The translations under genes were made by a program, and so were the position numbers. Shown here piece after piece: positions 17,001-20,000 of a stretch of 20,000 bases of DNA. The notes under the pieces are model-generated. The model did no database searches. It worked only from the letters and a program-made list of their open reading frames with translations, and was not told the origin of the DNA. How positions within the stretch are numbered: position 1 is the first letter of the stretch; each line of letters starts with the position of its first letter. Origin of the DNA: an uncultured virus (IMG/VR IMGVR_UViG_3300001580_000009) (lineage: Duplodnaviria; Heunggongvirae; Uroviricota; Caudoviricetes); the IMG/VR virus record IMGVR_UViG_3300001580_000009; one strand, given 5' to 3'.

Positions 17001-18189
17001 TTTAGAGGACGACGAATTAGAAAAGCAAGAAGATAAGGCCACATCGTTAGACAAATCACAAGACAAATTGAACAATGTTTTCTCTGAAGCCGTAATTGAT
17101 TTAGCAAGATTTACTAAGCAGATCAAGTTTGCAACAAGACAACTTCCCGAAGCAGGAACACCATTACAAACAGGCTACGGTGGAGTTGTAACTTCTGGCT
17201 CAGGAGCACCGGTTACTTCAGGAGTACCGGCAGCCGAACCATCCAAAACAGCACCATCGGCCCCGGTAACCACAAGACCATCACCAGTTAGTACAACTAG
17301 TGATATGGCAGGATACTTGAAAAAAGTTGCCGTTGTTGAGTCAGGTGGAAAAGCAGGAGCACAAGCAGGAACCTCTAGTGCTAGTGGGTTGTTCCAGTTC
17401 ACCGCAGGAACATGGAAGCAGATGGTCAAAGAAATGGGCAAAGACTATACCCTAGAGGATAGATTTGATCCCAAGAAATCTGAAGAAGTAGCAGCGTATT
17501 TTACAAGTAAACAAAGGGCCCAGCTTGAAAAGGGCACCGGCCAGCAAGCTACGGATACTGATATGTATATGGCCCACTTCTTGGGAGCAGGCGGCGCCAC
17601 AAAATTCTTGAATGCCCTAAGACAAGATCCAAATGCTCCAGCAACAGCCGGGGCTACAGAACAACAGATTAACGCAAACTTATCTATATTCGTCACAAAG
17701 GATGGTAGGCTCCGCACTTTACAAGAAGTTTATGATTTGATGGCCGGTAAGCTCGAAAAAGCCGAACAGCGAATCGCTCAAGGTAAAGTTTCAGACTCTG
17801 TTAAGAATATAGGTGGTGATCAACCAACACCACAGTATGCTCAGGTTAAGAAAGAAGAATTACCCAAAGCACGCGACGGGGGGTTATTCTCTGGTCCTAT
17901 GACAGGTTATCCAGTAGAATTACACGGTGACGAACTAGTTGCCCCGTTAAATGCCGACAATATCATTACCAAACTTATTAATAACACAGTTACTAGAGAA
18001 CCGGCGGTAGCGGAAACAACTACGAAAGTAGAAACAACGACCGCAATGTCATTAGAAATGATGCGAGAAATTCAGACTGCTAACTCCGAAATGATAGCTG
18101 TTTTGACGGAAAAATTGGACTCAGTGATAGATAAACTAGCATCCAGTAATGATATTCAGGATAAAATATTAACCTATTCTAGGGGCTAA
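14065..18189 (+). CDS. Tape-measure-like tail protein with lytic transglycosylase (SLT-like) domain
   Basis: Long Ala/Gln/Lys-rich helical protein with a glycine-zipper segment (GALLGSIVPVIGTAVGAAVGGALGG). SLT-like motifs VES...SASGLFQF...TW...YMAHFLG lie at about 17314-17610. The likely start is ATG at 14065 rather than TTG at 14053. Confidence 0.75.
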   Translation: MATENLDPEIMRELNESMQNLGDGMREFTDVMTMMITGGADMSSAMRSATGATRGSETAMKSWNDRVREAAKAAELEAESKRKQAEQNANLKQAFKSMQDAAGGFTKALLDTSSGFQKYEASIKSTTGAVGSLLQNFGYMGKAVALATDAIGKLAGATLKQTDDIVKAYDSLAGIGGSVGLTAEEIVNLGKNAGFTIQTLEQFTKRAKESGTNLMAMGDSATGGIKAFSQVVAVGEDALKKYRRLGMTQEDLIEAQRTYIRQQIEGGQSLKKSPEQLQKASLAYIDQLNTLAELTGINVKKQQEAIDIANANENFNAYKFSMDQKALALEQEEQEARKLGQTARADELKAQAEQIRNTIAAKEEFAKLAVSTMSASNAAAALESISTDGTTIITENNQKLVLAGIDVVKMNEEMNKGRKQSAELLGSQVTAAKNFSNQFGVMAYGMGKASKDLQQTYGVDNEMRKTAIEFAKLETEEERKAFIARQAQAQKDLEAKGKEGVKGQEVMDATATKESLERRARSVYDAMIGAINPFRGKMLEASMVVVGLSAAAVAAASALNKIAKSRFGVGIDDLMDGKDSKGKSKPTAKPKSKKPLSGAAKASHEAKVARERAAKAKTIKSAGKFTVGGMIAGLGLDYGSEMAKEAGHEKTGAGLDIASSALSGASMGALLGSIVPVIGTAVGAAVGGALGGAYGAYQNRDAFFGDKKQEETQNKVEKKPLDVPKASEGGSFSGPKEGYLVELHGDEDVIPRKGRQPEELNTLGALNNTLSNALSAPKDYVKQATVDTTGIELAGDVAEKATEKVIAKLVPQLAVVSKVASSIDKLDSVQKIFSEKSSPIEKLWEVAKLLHPAARILGTAIDIVAPLIKDANNQTPVVAQTKKDTTVDTENIEKELPKAASGGIFKGPKSGYPVELHGEEMVVPLTGEKFDKLFEKNDSPLPRLELVKEAKSLEDFSTAVKDTDAVLKKYTSTLIKLRDLEDDELEKQEDKATSLDKSQDKLNNVFSEAVIDLARFTKQIKFATRQLPEAGTPLQTGYGGVVTSGSGAPVTSGVPAAEPSKTAPSAPVTTRPSPVSTTSDMAGYLKKVAVVESGGKAGAQAGTSSASGLFQFTAGTWKQMVKEMGKDYTLEDRFDPKKSEEVAAYFTSKQRAQLEKGTGQQATDTDMYMAHFLGAGGATKFLNALRQDPNAPATAGATEQQINANLSIFVTKDGRLRTLQEVYDLMAGKLEKAEQRIAQGKVSDSVKNIGGDQPTPQYAQVKKEELPKARDGGLFSGPMTGYPVELHGDELVAPLNADNIITKLINNTVTREPAVAETTTKVETTTAMSLEMMREIQTANSEMIAVLTEKLDSVIDKLASSNDIQDKILTYSRG

Positions 18190-18191
18190 CA

Positions 18192-18198
18192 ATAAATA
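18192..18198 (+). promoter_or_regulatory. Late promoter motif for the portal gene
   Basis: ATAAATA in the 13-nt gap before the ATG at 18203. Confidence 0.6.
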
Positions 18199-18202
18199 AT
18201 AT

Positions 18203-19969
18203 ATGACCTACAAAAAGAAATTCTTAAATAAGAGCGGTGTATCCAGTCCCATATCCGGTGCTAACAGTAATTCGGGTGCCTGGAACAACGATGCTTCAAG
18301 TGGTAATTGGAGTAACCTAGACTGGGGATACCGAAACTATATGAGTCGGCTCCCGGAAGTCTACACGGGTCATCCGAACCGTATTGAACGATATAATCAG
18401 TATGAAATGATGGACGTTGATGCTGAAATTAACGCATGTTTGGACATCATCTCTGAGTTCAGTACACAAAAGAACGAACACAACAAGACACCATTTAGTT
18501 TTGAATTCAAAGAAGAACCCACTCCCCACGAAGTAGAATTGTTAAAGACGCAACTACAACAGTGGTGTAAGCTGAATGAGTTTGATGTAAGAATTTTCAA
18601 GATTTTCCGTAATGTTATCAAGTACGGTGATCAAGTATTCGTCAGAGACCCTGAAAACTTCAAGTTATGTTGGGTTGATATGGTCAAGGTCATTAAGGTC
18701 ATCGTAAACGAAAGTGAAGGTAAGAAGCCTGAGCAGTATGTTCTAAAAGACCTCAACATTAATTTACAGAATCTTTCAGTAGCTCAAAAGACAAATACAG
18801 ACTTTGCTGCTAACCCTGCAACAGGTTTGGGTGGATCAGGTGGCGGAACAAACACACCTTACACTGTCCCTTCTATGCCCTATAATACAACAGGTAGTAG
18901 ATTTACATTGGGACAAAGTGAAGCAGCAGTTGATGCTAAACATATTGTTCATTTGAGTCTAACAGAAGGTCTAGACAGATTCTGGCCTTTCGGTCAAAGT
19001 ATCTTAGAGAACATCTTTAAGGTATACAAGCAAAAAGAATTATTAGAAGATGCGGTACTAATCTATCGGGTCCAACGTGCTCCTGAGCGTAGAATGTTCA
19101 AGATTGACGTTGGGAACATGCCAAGTCACATGGCTATGGCATTCGTAGAACGCATCAAAAACGAAATACACCAGCGTAGAATCCCATCATTATACGGTGG
19201 GCAGTCAATAGTAGACGCCACATACAACCCTTTGTCAATGAACGAAGACTACTTCTTCCCTGTTACGGCAGATGGTAGAGGATCTTCTGTAGAGGTTCTA
19301 CCTGGTGGCCAAAACTTAGGTGAGATTGATGACTTAAGGTATTTTAACAATAGACTAGCACGTGGTCTACGAGTACCTAGTTCATATCTACCTACTGGCC
19401 CTGACGACAATACAACCCCATTGAGTGATGGTCGTGTAGGTACTGCAATGATTCAAGAGTTCAGATTTAACCAATATTGTGAACGTTTACAAAACTACAT
19501 GGTTATGAAATTGGACGAAGAATTCAAATTATTCTTGCGCTGGAGAGGCTTTAATATTGATAGCGGATTGTTTCAATTAAAGTTCAACCCCCCTCAAAAT
19601 TTTGCAGCATATCGTCAAAGTGAGTTAGATACCGCAAGAGTCAGCACATTCAGTACGATGGAAGCGTTCCCTTATATTTCTAAACGTTTTGCTCTTGAAA
19701 GGTTCTTGGGTCTAACTGAAGAAGAAATTGCCAAGAACGAGAAATTATGGCGTGAAGAACACGATACTGACCTTACAGAAGAACCTAAGGGATCTGATCT
19801 TCGTAACATTGGTGTCAGTGTAGGAGATATTGAATCTGATTTGGAAACAGGTGAAGAGTTAGAAACGCCACCTGAAGGCGAAGAAGCAATGACGGCACCC
19901 GAAGTTGCAGGTCCAGTATCATCAGCCCCCGGAGCACCCGTCGCCGGTGCTGGAGCACCAGTAGCATAA
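18203..19969 (+). CDS. gp20: Portal vertex protein, T4 gp20-like
   Basis: LEDAVLIYRVQRAPERRMFKIDVGNMP, EDYFFP and LPGGQNLGEIDDLRYF are hallmark gp20 motifs; the C-terminal tail is acidic. Confidence 0.95.
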   Translation: MTYKKKFLNKSGVSSPISGANSNSGAWNNDASSGNWSNLDWGYRNYMSRLPEVYTGHPNRIERYNQYEMMDVDAEINACLDIISEFSTQKNEHNKTPFSFEFKEEPTPHEVELLKTQLQQWCKLNEFDVRIFKIFRNVIKYGDQVFVRDPENFKLCWVDMVKVIKVIVNESEGKKPEQYVLKDLNINLQNLSVAQKTNTDFAANPATGLGGSGGGTNTPYTVPSMPYNTTGSRFTLGQSEAAVDAKHIVHLSLTEGLDRFWPFGQSILENIFKVYKQKELLEDAVLIYRVQRAPERRMFKIDVGNMPSHMAMAFVERIKNEIHQRRIPSLYGGQSIVDATYNPLSMNEDYFFPVTADGRGSSVEVLPGGQNLGEIDDLRYFNNRLARGLRVPSSYLPTGPDDNTTPLSDGRVGTAMIQEFRFNQYCERLQNYMVMKLDEEFKLFLRWRGFNIDSGLFQLKFNPPQNFAAYRQSELDTARVSTFSTMEAFPYISKRFALERFLGLTEEEIAKNEKLWREEHDTDLTEEPKGSDLRNIGVSVGDIESDLETGEELETPPEGEEAMTAPEVAGPVSSAPGAPVAGAGAPVA

Positions 19970-20000
19970 ATACATTGCGAGGATTTTTAAAATGATACTT
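19966..20000 (+). promoter_or_regulatory. Late promoter motif, RBS and start of the next gene
   Basis: ATAAATA (19966-19972) overlaps the portal stop codon. GAGGA lies at 19979-19983 and an ATG at 19992 runs off the window. Confidence 0.55.

Noticed and set aside
14010..18621. Multiple short - strand ORFs (e.g. 15375-15941, 16797-17126)
   Set aside because: They are antisense shadows of the tape-measure-like and portal genes.
1..20000. Stop-codon reassignment, since all called genes end in TAA
   Set aside because: Long genes are intact under the standard code with no TAG/TGA fragmentation, and TAA bias is expected in AT-rich phages.

Overview
This window comes from a large T4-like (myovirus-type) phage genome. 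The left arm (- strand, 1-6342) is a baseplate/tail operon: a tube-initiator-like protein with acidic tandem repeats, a gp53-like wedge protein, a gp27-like hub, and a gp5-like spike that is missing from the ORF track and runs off the window. The middle (+ strand) holds a gp55-like late sigma factor, the gp47/gp46 (Mre11/Rad50-like) nuclease pair and a PD-(D/E)xK resolvase, with two free-standing homing-endonuclease-like genes (an antisense GIY-YIG type and an HNH) flanking gp46. The right arm holds a gp26-like chaperone (-), a tape-measure-like protein with a lytic transglycosylase domain, and the gp20 portal. There are two main findings. (1) An ORF-free region of about 540 bp (12403-12944) contains many hairpins and several crossing long-range helices rich in G-U pairs, a candidate large pseudoknotted ncRNA, followed by two C-GAA-G hairpins of the ssDNA type. 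(2) A probable programmed -1 frameshift (T TTT TTC plus a downstream stem) would fuse the gp26-like ORF to an unannotated 76-codon gp51-like frame, as in lambda G/GT. All family assignments come from motif recognition by eye; no database search or folding program was run.
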